A stretch of DNA of 64,000 bases from an uncultured Bacteroidota bacterium (GTDB lineage Bacteria; Bacteroidota; Bacteroidia; Chitinophagales; Chitinophagaceae), in the NCBI GenBank assembly GCA_903929195.1, contig CAIYTT010000014.1, positions 245-64,244 of the forward strand, given 5' to 3'. Shown here in pieces: positions 27,402 to 36,963 of the stretch (position 1 is the stretch's first letter; the number at the start of each line of letters is the position of its first letter). The position numbers were made by a program, and so were the translations under genes. The notes under the pieces were generated by a model that was given only the letters and a program-made list of their open reading frames with translations, ran no database searches and was not told the origin of the DNA.

Positions 27402-27498
27402 TCTTTTCATTTAGCCTAAGTTCTTTGAATACGTTCATAGAACGGCTTTATTTATACTTCCTGATTCCCTGCGGAAAATCAGGAAGAACGGGAATTCT
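27402..27498 (+). repeat. 97-bp repeat family, copy DR2
   Basis: Direct repeat of 26228-26324. Hairpin arms lie at 27457-27466 and 27477-27486. Confidence 0.85.
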
Positions 27499-27627
27499 AA
27501 ATCCAAACAGATTTCTCCATTTCATTTCGTCCCGATAAAAAAATCGGGGAGTCTATTATCGGTGGGCTTTGTTCGTGGTTTGTATTAGGTGTTGCAAACC
27601 TTGGAGGTGTGCCACACCTAAACAATA

Positions 27628-27680
27628 AAAAATAATTTCGCCGTAGGGATTTATCTATCCACTACGGCGAAATTATTTTT
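27628..27680 (-). terminator. rho-independent (bidirectional) terminator of the 1635-aa adhesin gene
   Basis: 19-bp stem AAAAATAATTTCGCCGTAG / CTACGGCGAAATTATTTTT with a 15-nt loop. T-runs lie on both strands. It sits 58 nt after the stop at 27738. Confidence 0.75.
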
Positions 27681-27737
27681 CTTTATGACAGCTAGAGAAT
27701 GTACTTGCTGCCTATGCATTAAGAAAACTTCACTACC

Positions 27738-30700
27738 CTACCTATTTATACTAAAACTGATTACATCATTTTCGTTTGCAGATTTAATATGTAATAGATA
27801 AATGCCGTTTGCCAAATTACTGTTTAGGTAAATTTTCTTTTTCAATTCACCGTCTGTAATCAGAGCGGCATCACTATACACTACCTGCCCTACTACATCT
27901 GTAATTTGTAATTCCACCTCTTTATCTCCACTTATTATGTTACCTGTAATTACAAATGTTCCTTTATTAGGATTAGGTATTAATTGAATATCGCTTTTAC
28001 CGTTATTTACCTGATTAACACCCAGTTTACCAACTTCCATAATAATCCAATTGAAAGAAGCAACTCCTTCGCAAGCATTACCATGTGTTGTAACGATGCA
28101 GCTTACAGAATCAAAATTAGTAATGTAAGGTGTTGCAAAACGGGTAGATGTTGCACCCCAAATTGGAGTACTGTTTATTAACCATTGGTAGGTAGGTGCC
28201 GGACCTGCATTGGTAGTAACAACATAAAAAGTATCTATCTGATTCTGCATTATTAAGGCTCTTCCGTCAACCATAACATGTAATACCGGTACAAGATGCA
28301 ATTTAATACCTTGTTTTGCAGTATCAGACGGTATAGGACAATGATAACTACTTACCATTACACAACTCATAGAATCACCCTCAGCAGGTTGGTAGGTATA
28401 AGAAGTACCGAAACCTGCAAGAGAACCGTTTTTATACCAATAGAAACTTGGAGTATAACCCGGATAAGTAGGATTAACAGTTAATGTTATCGGGCTGCCT
28501 TCACAAACGGAATCACCCGGATTTAAATTTAGATTTACCAAAGGTGTTTCAAATGGTTTTACCGTCATTACCATTGTTTTTACTGCCGTATCCGGGAAAA
28601 CGCAACCCGAACTGCTTGTAAGTTTACAGGTTACAATATCACCGTTAGCGGGTGTATAACTAAATGTACTACCTGTACCTACTAAAGTCCAGTTTACACT
28701 CCATTGTATAAGTGGTGTAGAACCACCATGTGTAACGGAAGCGTTAAAGGTATTATTTACCCCTAAACAGGTAGTATCGCCACCGCTTGATACGAAATCA
28801 ACAGTAGGAACTGCCGGAGGAGAAACCGAAACAGTAACAGAGTTGCTTGCGGTATCCGGCAATGCACAAGTTGCATTGCTAATAATTGCACATCTTACAA
28901 TATCTCCATTACCCGGATAATTAGAAAAAGTATCGTTTGTACTTACAACCGTGCCGTTTACAGTCCATTGATAAGTAGTTGCAGAGCCACCACTAGTAGT
29001 AACAGCGGTATAGACCGCTCTTACTCCCGGACATAAAAACAAATTGGGATATACAGCAATAGAAACCGTAGGTATTACTGTTGAATTTACTGTAATTGTT
29101 GTGTTTGCAACCGTAGTACCACAACTATTGGTAACGGAATACGAAATAGTATCTATACCTGCTACAAAGCCGGTTACTAAGCAAGAACCCGAAATAGAAG
29201 CACAGATATTACTTCTTGTCCAGGTACCACCTGTTACTGTACTTGCCAATGCAATAGAATAACCCGAACAAACCGTATTTGAACCTGTAATAGTACCGGC
29301 AGATGGCGGAGCTAAAACAAATACCGGTTTGGTAGCAAAAGTAGTTCCGCAGATATTAGTTACAGTATATGTAATTATATCCATGCCGGTAGCAACACCG
29401 GTTACTATACCTGCACCGGAAACCGTTGCATAAGCATTGCTACAACTCCATGTACCACCTGTAGTACTGTCAGTAAGTACTATTGACGAACCGGTACAAA
29501 CAGTATCTAAACCATTTACCGGTGCGGCAGGGCGGCTCACATTTATAGTAATTGATGCCGTTGATGAACCACATGCATTGGTAACAGAATAAGCTATTGC
29601 AGTAGTACCTTGCGAAACACCGGTAACAAGACCGCTGGTAGCTATTACACTTGCTATTGTCGGATTAACACTTGTCCAGCTACCACCGCTCACTGAATCT
29701 GTAAGTGTTTCTGTAGCACCCACACATAAGTTGGAAGTACCACTTATAGATGCCGCAAGAGTGCTAACGGTAACATTTACGGTTTGGCTTGTTGTGCCGC
29801 AAACATTGGTTACTGTATAAGTAATTGTAGCTACACCTCTTGAAATACCGGTAACTACTCCACCTGCTACAGTAGCAACTGTAGTACTACTACTGCTCCA
29901 AGCACCACCTGTTGTACTGTCTGTTAATGTAGTTGTAGAACCAACACAAACAGAATCGGTACCTAATATTACTGCTGCCGGTCTGTTTACGGTTACGGTA
30001 GTTGTAGAACTGGTAGTACCGCAACTATTGGTTACCGTATAATTAATGGTTGTAGTACCCTGACTTATAGCTGTAACAATACCACTTGTAGCCCCAATGC
30101 TTGCTATTAAAGGGTTAGAACTTGTCCAAGTGCCACCTGTAGCCGGATTGCTTAATGTACTTGTACTGCCTACGCATAATGTTGTAGTACCTGCAATGGC
30201 ACCTGCTGCTGTATTTACGGTAACTGTAACTGTATGGCTTGATGTACCGCAAGCATTAGTAACCGTATAAGTTATGGTTGCCGTGCCGTTTGCAACACCG
30301 GTAACAACACCACCAACTACACTTGCAACACCAGGGTTACTGCTGCTCCATGTACCACCTGTTGTGCTGTCTGTTAAGGTTGTTGTTGCTCCTACACATA
30401 CGGAGTCTGTACCTAATATAATTGCCGCTGTACGGTTTACAGTTACGGTTGTTGTAGATGTAGTAGTACCGCAACTATTGGTAAGAGAATAAATAATGGT
30501 AGTCGTTCCCTGTGCAACACCGGTTACAATACCGGTTGTAGAACCTATTGTAGCAATTAGGGGGTTAGAACTTGTCCATGTGCCACCTGTAGCCGGATTG
30601 GATAAGGTACTTGTACTACCTACGCATAATGTTGTAGTACCTGCAATGGCACCGGCTGCCGTATTTACAGTAACAGTAACTGTTTGGCTCGATGTACCGC

Positions 30701-32645
30701 AAGCATTCGTAACCGTATATGTTATAGTAGCGGTTCCTGTTGCAACACCTGTAACCACACCGCCTGCCACACTTGCCACACCCGGGTTACTACTGCTCCA
30801 TGTACCGCCTGTAGTACTGTCTGTTAAGGTTGTTGTTGCTCCTACACATACGGAGTCGGTACCTAATATAATTGCCGCTGTACGGTTTACAGTTACGGTT
30901 GTTGTAGATGTTGTTGTACCGCAACTATTAGTAAGAGAATAAATAATGGTTGCTGTACCTTGAGAAATACCGGTTACAATACCTGTTGTAGAAGCAATGG
31001 TAGCAATTAATGGATTGGAACTTGTCCAAGTACCACCTGTAGTTGTTGTAGATAAAGTACTTGTAGCACCCACACACAAAGTTGTTGTTCCGAGTACTGC
31101 TGCGGCTATTGGGTCAACTGTTACTGTTGTAGTTGCAGCAGTAGTACCACAAGCATTGGTTATTGTATAAGAAATAACCGAAGTACCGGCAGCAACTCCC
31201 GTAACCACTCCGGTTGTATTTACAGTAGCAACACCTGTGCTTACACTACTCCATGTGCCACCTGCGGTAGCATCGGTTAATGCCGTTGTGCTACCCGCAC
31301 ATACTACAGTAGTGCCTGTAATAGCGGCAACCGTAGGTACTGTTATTACTGTTAACAATGCAGGTGTAGAAGTAGCAGTGCCATAAGCATTTGTTGCTAT
31401 CATTTGGTAAGCATAACCGTTCTCGGCAGTAGTAGCACCTGTTATAGTAAGCGTATTGGTAGTAAAGGAAGCACCATAAATACCACCGTCCATACCGGTT
31501 GTTATATTAAACCATGGTCCACCGGTACCGGTAGTACTTCTTTGCCATTGGTAGGTAGGTGTTGGCGCCCCGGTTGCGGTTGCCGTAAATGTGGTTGAAG
31601 TACCCGAACAAATAGTTTGATTGGTAGGACTTGATGTAATTGAAGGTGGTGTTGTAGGTGATGCAATGGTTTGTGTATTTGAAGCTGTTGCAGAACCTGA
31701 CAAGGTTAAACAAGTAGTACTAAAAGTGAAATTAGATGCTACAGACGGTATGGAAGCTAAAGAAATAGTATGCCCCGAAGTTGCACCGGCAGCTACATCG
31801 GCAGTAATATAAATATAGCTTGCACCAACCGGTAAAGTCTGTGCTAAGCCAGTAAATGAATTACTACTACCCGTAACACCAGGTGTAATTGTACTTAATA
31901 AAGTTGCAGAACCCGTACTGAAAGTGGAAGACGTAGAGTACCAGCATTTTAAATTGGTTATATCGGTTGTGGGTATGTAAGTTCCCAAGGTATTTACGGT
32001 TACATCTGTTAATGTTGTTGCCGAAGTACCCACCGTCATATTAAAGGTTTGTAATAAATTATTTGTGGAACTGGGTGCAATTGTACCTGCTGCGGGGCTG
32101 GTACTGCTTATACTTACAGTAGAAATTCCCGAGGGTGTACCTGCAAAACCACCATCGCTAACAATACGATTGGTACCTGTACCCGCACAAGAATAAGGAA
32201 TAATTTTTACAAGAAAAGTAGCTAAATTATTACAAGATGTGGGAAAAGTAGCAGTAATAGTAGTAATAGTGCAACAACCGGTACAAGGTGTAAGGGCGTA
32301 GCTACCATAATATATATAAGATGTACCGCCATTGATACTATAATAGATATCGCCACCGGTAGGACCGGTGTTTGATGATGTATTATTTGCTGCCATAGTA
32401 ATATTACTATACCCGCATGTGCTTAATGTATATAACCAATAGGCAGATGAACCGTCCCAGCCGGTACTATAATACCCCGAAACACAGGTACCTGTGGCTG
32501 TAGGGCTTATGGTTGACCAACTTAATGTACTTGCTATTGCTGTTGCAGATGCTTTCTCGCTAAAAAATTGAATACTAAAAAACAAACTTAAAAAAGCTAT
32601 CGTTTTGATAGATTTAAAGAACTTTTTATTAAATAAATATCTCAT
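27738..32645 (-). CDS. giant T9SS-secreted surface protein with a BIG2-like Ig repeat array and a type A CTD
   Basis: Signal peptide. At least 12 modules match '..C.G.T..L......GG.W.SSN...A.V...G.VTG...G...I.Y.V.N.CGT......V.V' (bacterial Ig-like group 2 pattern). Four '..Y.W..NG....G..F.Y.P..GD.V.C...S...C' modules follow. The CTD reads 'IQLIPNPNKGTFVI...GIYLLHIKS'. Confidence 0.8.
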   Translation of the reverse strand: MRYLFNKKFFKSIKTIAFLSLFFSIQFFSEKASATAIASTLSWSTISPTATGTCVSGYYSTGWDGSSAYWLYTLSTCGYSNITMAANNTSSNTGPTGGDIYYSINGGTSYIYYGSYALTPCTGCCTITTITATFPTSCNNLATFLVKIIPYSCAGTGTNRIVSDGGFAGTPSGISTVSISSTSPAAGTIAPSSTNNLLQTFNMTVGTSATTLTDVTVNTLGTYIPTTDITNLKCWYSTSSTFSTGSATLLSTITPGVTGSSNSFTGLAQTLPVGASYIYITADVAAGATSGHTISLASIPSVASNFTFSTTCLTLSGSATASNTQTIASPTTPPSITSSPTNQTICSGTSTTFTATATGAPTPTYQWQRSTTGTGGPWFNITTGMDGGIYGASFTTNTLTITGATTAENGYAYQMIATNAYGTATSTPALLTVITVPTVAAITGTTVVCAGSTTALTDATAGGTWSSVSTGVATVNTTGVVTGVAAGTSVISYTITNACGTTAATTTVTVDPIAAAVLGTTTLCVGATSTLSTTTTGGTWTSSNPLIATIASTTGIVTGISQGTATIIYSLTNSCGTTTSTTTVTVNRTAAIILGTDSVCVGATTTLTDSTTGGTWSSSNPGVASVAGGVVTGVATGTATITYTVTNACGTSSQTVTVTVNTAAGAIAGTTTLCVGSTSTLSNPATGGTWTSSNPLIATIGSTTGIVTGVAQGTTTIIYSLTNSCGTTTSTTTVTVNRTAAIILGTDSVCVGATTTLTDSTTGGTWSSSNPGVASVVGGVVTGVANGTATITYTVTNACGTSSHTVTVTVNTAAGAIAGTTTLCVGSTSTLSNPATGGTWTSSNPLIASIGATSGIVTAISQGTTTINYTVTNSCGTTSSTTTVTVNRPAAVILGTDSVCVGSTTTLTDSTTGGAWSSSSTTVATVAGGVVTGISRGVATITYTVTNVCGTTSQTVNVTVSTLAASISGTSNLCVGATETLTDSVSGGSWTSVNPTIASVIATSGLVTGVSQGTTAIAYSVTNACGSSTASITINVSRPAAPVNGLDTVCTGSSIVLTDSTTGGTWSCSNAYATVSGAGIVTGVATGMDIITYTVTNICGTTFATKPVFVLAPPSAGTITGSNTVCSGYSIALASTVTGGTWTRSNICASISGSCLVTGFVAGIDTISYSVTNSCGTTVANTTITVNSTVIPTVSIAVYPNLFLCPGVRAVYTAVTTSGGSATTYQWTVNGTVVSTNDTFSNYPGNGDIVRCAIISNATCALPDTASNSVTVSVSPPAVPTVDFVSSGGDTTCLGVNNTFNASVTHGGSTPLIQWSVNWTLVGTGSTFSYTPANGDIVTCKLTSSSGCVFPDTAVKTMVMTVKPFETPLVNLNLNPGDSVCEGSPITLTVNPTYPGYTPSFYWYKNGSLAGFGTSYTYQPAEGDSMSCVMVSSYHCPIPSDTAKQGIKLHLVPVLHVMVDGRALIMQNQIDTFYVVTTNAGPAPTYQWLINSTPIWGATSTRFATPYITNFDSVSCIVTTHGNACEGVASFNWIIMEVGKLGVNQVNNGKSDIQLIPNPNKGTFVITGNIISGDKEVELQITDVVGQVVYSDAALITDGELKKKIYLNSNLANGIYLLHIKSANENDVISFSINR
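29090..31350 (-). repeat. coding tandem array of BIG2-like modules, including a 450-bp super-repeat with near-identical copies
   Basis: 30001-, 30451- and 30901- align at a 450-bp offset. 30371-30492 versus 30821-30942 is almost identical. The antisense ORFs 30274..30492 and 30496..30942 end in the same ~66 aa. Confidence 0.85.
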
Positions 32646-32662
32646 ATTACTATATTTGGCTT

Positions 32663-32670
32663 CAAAAGTA
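32663..32670 (-). promoter_or_regulatory. candidate -7 box (TACTTTTG on the minus strand) for the 1635-aa adhesin gene
   Basis: Matches TAnnTTTG 17 nt upstream of the ATG at 32645. Confidence 0.3.
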
Positions 32671-33181
32671 CCCCAATAAACTTAGCTTGTACTATTTGCA
32701 AGGTTATCAAAATATGAAATAATTATTAAGTCCTTTGCTCTTTAAATAATTTAGAGTATAAAATTGCTATTGATTCATTTCTTTCATCTTTTATATATAA
32801 AATAGAGATAATAACAATTATGTTTTTGATTAATTAAAATATACATTAATAAATTGAATGCATTAAATTCTATATTTGGGAGTAAAAAATACATCATTTT
32901 TTTATCATGTAGTGGGAAAGGAAGGGTTGTTATTTTATGGTAAATAACTGTTTTAAAAACATTCGAAAATTTCTAAATACAATATTTAAAGTAAAAAAAT
33001 GTATAAACTCATTTTTATATTATAACAAGATATTTTTAAAAAATTATTGGATTAGTTAATTGTTTCCAAAAAGCCAAAAGGAGATATACAAATGATTAAA
33101 TCAAAATGAAATCAAAAATATTATATGTATTTTATAGCATTAACACATCTATGCGAATGGTATAATTACTATTTTAAACCT

Positions 33182-33189
33182 TAACTTTG
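33182..33189 (+). promoter_or_regulatory. candidate -7 box (TAACTTTG) for ychF
   Basis: Matches TAnnTTTG 20 nt upstream of the ATG at 33210. Confidence 0.3.
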
Positions 33190-33209
33190 CTCAAATTTAA
33201 AAAAATAGC

Positions 33210-34310
33210 ATGGCTTTACAAGCAGGCATAGTAGGATTGCCAAACGTAGGAAAATCTACCTTATTTAACGCAGTAAGCAATAGTGCAAAAGCACAAGCGT
33301 CCAATTACCGTTTTTGTACCATAGAACCTAATGTGGGGCAGGTAGATGTACCTGATTACAGAATGGGAAAACTTGCAGAAATAGTAATGCCTAATCGCAC
33401 ACTACCTGCTACAATAGAATTTGTAGATATTGCCGGCCTTGTAAAGGGTGCCAGCAAGGGGGAAGGATTAGGAAATAAGTTTTTGGCTAATATACGGGAG
33501 GTAGATGCAATAGTGCATGTAATACGCTGTTTTGACGATGATAATATATTACGTGAGGAGGGTGAAATAAACCCGATTGGTGATAAAGAAATTATAGATA
33601 CAGAATTACAGTTAAAAGATTTGGATAGCGTTGAGAAAAAAATTCAACGTGTAGAAAAAATGGCGAAAACCGGCGACCCCAAATTTAAACGTCAGTTTGA
33701 GGTTTTGCAATCTTGTAGAAACCATTTGTTTGAAGGAAAAAACATTCGTGCTTTGCAAATAGAAGGGGAAGACCGTGAAGCAATTGCTGATTTATTTTTA
33801 CTTACCGAAAAACCGGTTCTTTATGTTGCTAATGTGGATGAGGCTGCCATACTTACAGGTAATAAATACTCTGATGTATTAGTAAAAGCAGCACACGAAG
33901 AAGGTGCACAGGTAATTGTAATGAATAATAATATTGAGGCTCAGATTTCTGAATTAGAAACATTAGAAGATAAAGAATTATTTTTTGCGGAATATGGCTT
34001 AACAGAACCAGGCTTAAACAGATTAATAAGAAGCACTTATACTTTATTAAATCTAATTACCTATTTTACTGCCGGTGTACAAGAAGTTAGAGCATGGACA
34101 ATACATAAAGGTTGGAAAGCACCCCAAGCTGCAAGTGTTATACATACAGATTTTGAGAAGGGATTTATTAAAGCAGAGGTAATTGCTTATAATGATTATG
34201 TACAATACAAATCGGAGGCGGCATGTAGAGAAAATGGCAAATTACGAATTGAAGGGAAAGAATATGTTGTGAATGATGGTGATGTAATGCACTTTAGATT
34301 TAATGTATAA
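33210..34310 (+). CDS. ychF: redox-regulated ribosome-binding ATPase YchF
   Basis: 'GIVGLPNVGKSTLFNA', 'FVDIAGLVKGASKGEGLGN' and the C-terminal TGS-like 'VHTDFEKGFIKAEV'. Confidence 0.9.
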   Translation: MALQAGIVGLPNVGKSTLFNAVSNSAKAQASNYRFCTIEPNVGQVDVPDYRMGKLAEIVMPNRTLPATIEFVDIAGLVKGASKGEGLGNKFLANIREVDAIVHVIRCFDDDNILREEGEINPIGDKEIIDTELQLKDLDSVEKKIQRVEKMAKTGDPKFKRQFEVLQSCRNHLFEGKNIRALQIEGEDREAIADLFLLTEKPVLYVANVDEAAILTGNKYSDVLVKAAHEEGAQVIVMNNNIEAQISELETLEDKELFFAEYGLTEPGLNRLIRSTYTLLNLITYFTAGVQEVRAWTIHKGWKAPQAASVIHTDFEKGFIKAEVIAYNDYVQYKSEAACRENGKLRIEGKEYVVNDGDVMHFRFNV

Positions 34311-34325
34311 GCTAACGATATTACC

Positions 34326-35042
34326 GTGAAGTATAGAAATAAGATAACTATATCTTCAATTGTTGCAATTGTTTGTGCTTTATTTGGTTTTTACCATTTT
34401 TGGCAGTTGAGAATGGATTTAATTAATACGGACCCGAAAAATACGGTAACATCTATTTTTGCAGATAAATATAAGAATACGAATCTAAAAACAGAAACAG
34501 ACAGTAGCCACTATTTGGTGGATACTGCTGTTTCTTTATTAAAATCGGGCTATATTGTATTGCGTATGGGGCGTGGTGTAGATAGTTATATATTATCGCA
34601 AATGAATGAAAAAGATAAATCTTACTCGCATTGTGGAATTGTTTTTATAGAAAACGGCTATCCTTTTGTATATCATTGTATTGGTGGCGAGAATAACCCG
34701 GATGAACGAATGCGTAGAGATTCGGCAATTTCTTTTTTTTCTCCTGAAATTAATGAAGGTATTGCCATTATAAAATATGATTTCAAAGAATCTCAAATAA
34801 AAAATTTACATCTAAAAGTAAATGAGTTATATAAAAGCAAACCTAAATTTGATTTAAAATTTGATTTAAATACAAATAATGAATTGTATTGTAGCGAAAT
34901 GGTATATAAGGCAGTAAATAGTGCTATGAATGACAGCAATTATATTACAACTACTCTAAAATATGGCAAAACTTATGTTGGTATAGATAATCTATTTATG
35001 AACAAACATGCAAAGAGGGTTTGGCAAGTAAATTTTAAATAA
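34326..35042 (+). CDS. YiiX/DUF830-like permuted papain-fold hydrolase (putative)
   Basis: N-terminal TM helix. 'YSHCGIVF' then 'LYCSEMVYKA' gives the His-before-Cys order of the permuted NlpC/P60 fold. GTG start. Confidence 0.5.
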   Translation: MKYRNKITISSIVAIVCALFGFYHFWQLRMDLINTDPKNTVTSIFADKYKNTNLKTETDSSHYLVDTAVSLLKSGYIVLRMGRGVDSYILSQMNEKDKSYSHCGIVFIENGYPFVYHCIGGENNPDERMRRDSAISFFSPEINEGIAIIKYDFKESQIKNLHLKVNELYKSKPKFDLKFDLNTNNELYCSEMVYKAVNSAMNDSNYITTTLKYGKTYVGIDNLFMNKHAKRVWQVNFK

Positions 35043-35050
35043 TAACTTTG
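35043..35050 (+). promoter_or_regulatory. candidate -7 box (TAACTTTG)
   Basis: Matches TAnnTTTG. It lies only 3 nt before the ATG at 35054, which argues for the ATG at 35063 as the real start. Confidence 0.25.
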
Positions 35051-35062
35051 TAAATGAATATT

Positions 35063-35488
35063 ATGAAACAATTTATTATATTTTTTATCACTGCATTTAC
35101 TTGTGTATTCTTATTTTCTGCTTGCAACAATAGTAGTACACCTAAAGATACCGCACTAACTTGGCTGAATGGTTTTAATCATCAAAATTTTAATGATGCT
35201 ATTAAAGTATCTACAAAAGACACCAAAAATGTATTATTAATGTTCGAAAAATTTACCGATGTTGTAAATGACTCTATAAGAAAAGCATCTCAAAATATAA
35301 AAGTAACTATTAAAGATGTTAAAGAAAACGGGGATAAAGCAGATGTAACATATACCGTATCTACAAAGCCAGAACGAGAAGAGGTATTACATCTTATAAA
35401 AAAAGACGGCAAATGGCTAGTACAGTTTTTTAAGTTAGATTTAATAAATGTTATTAAAAATACAGATAAAACACAGGATACCAAATAA
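35063..35488 (+). CDS. hypothetical lipoprotein (DUF4878-like)
   Basis: 'MKQFIIFFITAFTCVFLFSAC' is a lipoprotein signal. Small alpha+beta-looking domain. The start is chosen downstream of the -7 box. Confidence 0.4.
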   Translation: MKQFIIFFITAFTCVFLFSACNNSSTPKDTALTWLNGFNHQNFNDAIKVSTKDTKNVLLMFEKFTDVVNDSIRKASQNIKVTIKDVKENGDKADVTYTVSTKPEREEVLHLIKKDGKWLVQFFKLDLINVIKNTDKTQDTK

Positions 35489-35560
35489 ACTGAATTAATA
35501 AAATAAGGGCTTACTTATTACAAACAGCAAATTTTAATGAATATGTAATTTTCAGCATAA

Positions 35561-36820
35561 ATGGCATTAAACTATATTTGGGTTGGTTTTATAATTATAG
35601 GTATTGTTGTAGGCATACTAAAAGTAGTATTTTTAGGACAATCCGGCTTGCTGTCCGAAATGCTTACAGCTCTTTTTGATGCAGCAAAAAACGGTTTTGA
35701 AATATCTATTGGGCTTACCGGTATCTTGTCTTTATGGTTAGGTATAATGAAAATTGGCGAGCGTGCGGGAGTAATTACTTTATTTTCGAGAGCTGTAGCA
35801 CCCTTATTTAGTATTTTATTTAAAGGATTACCCAAAAACAGCCCTGCTTATGGTAATGTAATGATGAATTTATCTGCCAATATGTTGGGTTTAGATAATG
35901 CAGCTACACCATTGGGACTAAAAGCAATGAATGATTTGCAGGAAATAAATCCTAATAAAGATACTGCATCGGATGCACAAATAATGTTTCTGGTGCTTAA
36001 TACTGCCGGCATTACACTTATACCTACATCTGTAATAGCTATAAGGCAAACAATAGCTTTAGAACAACATATCCCTAATTTTAATGCTGCCGATATTTTT
36101 CTTCCTACTCTTATAGCTACTTTTATTGCATTTATTTCGGGTATTCTTATTGTTTCTATTTACCAACGTATAAATATTTTTAAACTACCTGTTTTAGTTT
36201 TTATTGGTGGTTTTTGTTGCCTAATAGGCTTATTGCAATATTATATAATGCGGTTACCTGCCGACCAAATTAATAAAACAATTGGTGCAATAGGTAGTGG
36301 TGTCATACTATCTATTATACTTTTATTTATTATAGCAGGCTTAATTAAAAAACACAATGTATATGATCATTTTATAGAGGGTGCAAAAGAGGGCTTTACG
36401 GTAGCTACTAAAATAATACCTTATTTAGTGGCTATGTTATTAGCAATAAGTATATTCAGGTCATCGGGTTGTTTAGAATATGTTTTGGTTGCAATAGCTA
36501 AAGTTGTTGCTTTTTGCGGCTTAAATACAGATTTTGTACCTGCATTACCAGTGGCTTTAATGAAACCACTTAGTGGCAGTGGTGCAAGAGGACTAATGGT
36601 AGATATTATGAGAAATCCTCAATATGGAGTAGCTTCTTTTCAAGGTAAATTGGCTGCTATAATACAAGGTTCTACTGAAACAACTTTTTATGTTTTAGCC
36701 GTGTATTTTGGTAGTGTACAAATTAAAAATACGCGCCATGCTTTAGTTTGCGGACTTATTGCCGATTTTATGGGTTTACTCGGGGCAATTGTAGTTGGCT
36801 ATTTGTTTTTTCATAAATAG
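35561..36820 (+). CDS. nucleoside-recognition (Gate) domain membrane protein, fused SpmA/SpmB-like
   Basis: Polytopic membrane protein. 'GLTGILSLWLGIMKIGE', 'MNLSANMLGLDNAATPLGLKAM' and a second Gate-like half 'MKPLSGSGARG'. Confidence 0.65.
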   Translation: MALNYIWVGFIIIGIVVGILKVVFLGQSGLLSEMLTALFDAAKNGFEISIGLTGILSLWLGIMKIGERAGVITLFSRAVAPLFSILFKGLPKNSPAYGNVMMNLSANMLGLDNAATPLGLKAMNDLQEINPNKDTASDAQIMFLVLNTAGITLIPTSVIAIRQTIALEQHIPNFNAADIFLPTLIATFIAFISGILIVSIYQRINIFKLPVLVFIGGFCCLIGLLQYYIMRLPADQINKTIGAIGSGVILSIILLFIIAGLIKKHNVYDHFIEGAKEGFTVATKIIPYLVAMLLAISIFRSSGCLEYVLVAIAKVVAFCGLNTDFVPALPVALMKPLSGSGARGLMVDIMRNPQYGVASFQGKLAAIIQGSTETTFYVLAVYFGSVQIKNTRHALVCGLIADFMGLLGAIVVGYLFFHK

Positions 36821-36925
36821 ATAGTTGAATGGAATATATAATAATTCGTATGTCATTCAAATAAGAAGTTATCCTTTCTATTATATATAGAAAATATAAA
36901 ATGTATTTAATGTTTTATAAAAAAT

Positions 36926-36963
36926 CAACTATGGTATTGCCTATATATGCAATACCATAGTTG
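36926..36963. terminator. bidirectional hairpin overlapping the last codons of mgtE
   Basis: 15-bp perfect stem CAACTATGGTATTGC / GCAATACCATAGTTG with an 8-nt loop. The mgtE stop codon (36941-36943) lies in the loop. Confidence 0.55.

Noticed and set aside
26228-27498. Template/variable repeat pair of a diversity-generating retroelement
   Set aside because: No reverse transcriptase gene is in the window. The six DR1/DR2 differences are not adenine-specific. The repeats are non-coding.
26228-27498. Integron attC-like sites flanking a cassette
   Set aside because: The hairpin-containing repeats do not show the RYYYAAC/GTTRRRY core sites. No intI or attI is present, and there is only one cassette-like unit.
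28296-31812. Multiple plus-strand ORFs (for example 30274..30492 and 30496..30942) antisense to the 1635-aa adhesin gene
   Set aside because: They are mirror-frame artefacts of a Thr/Gly/Val/Ser-rich repetitive gene. Their Val/Pro/Thr-rich translations repeat only because the sense-strand DNA repeats.
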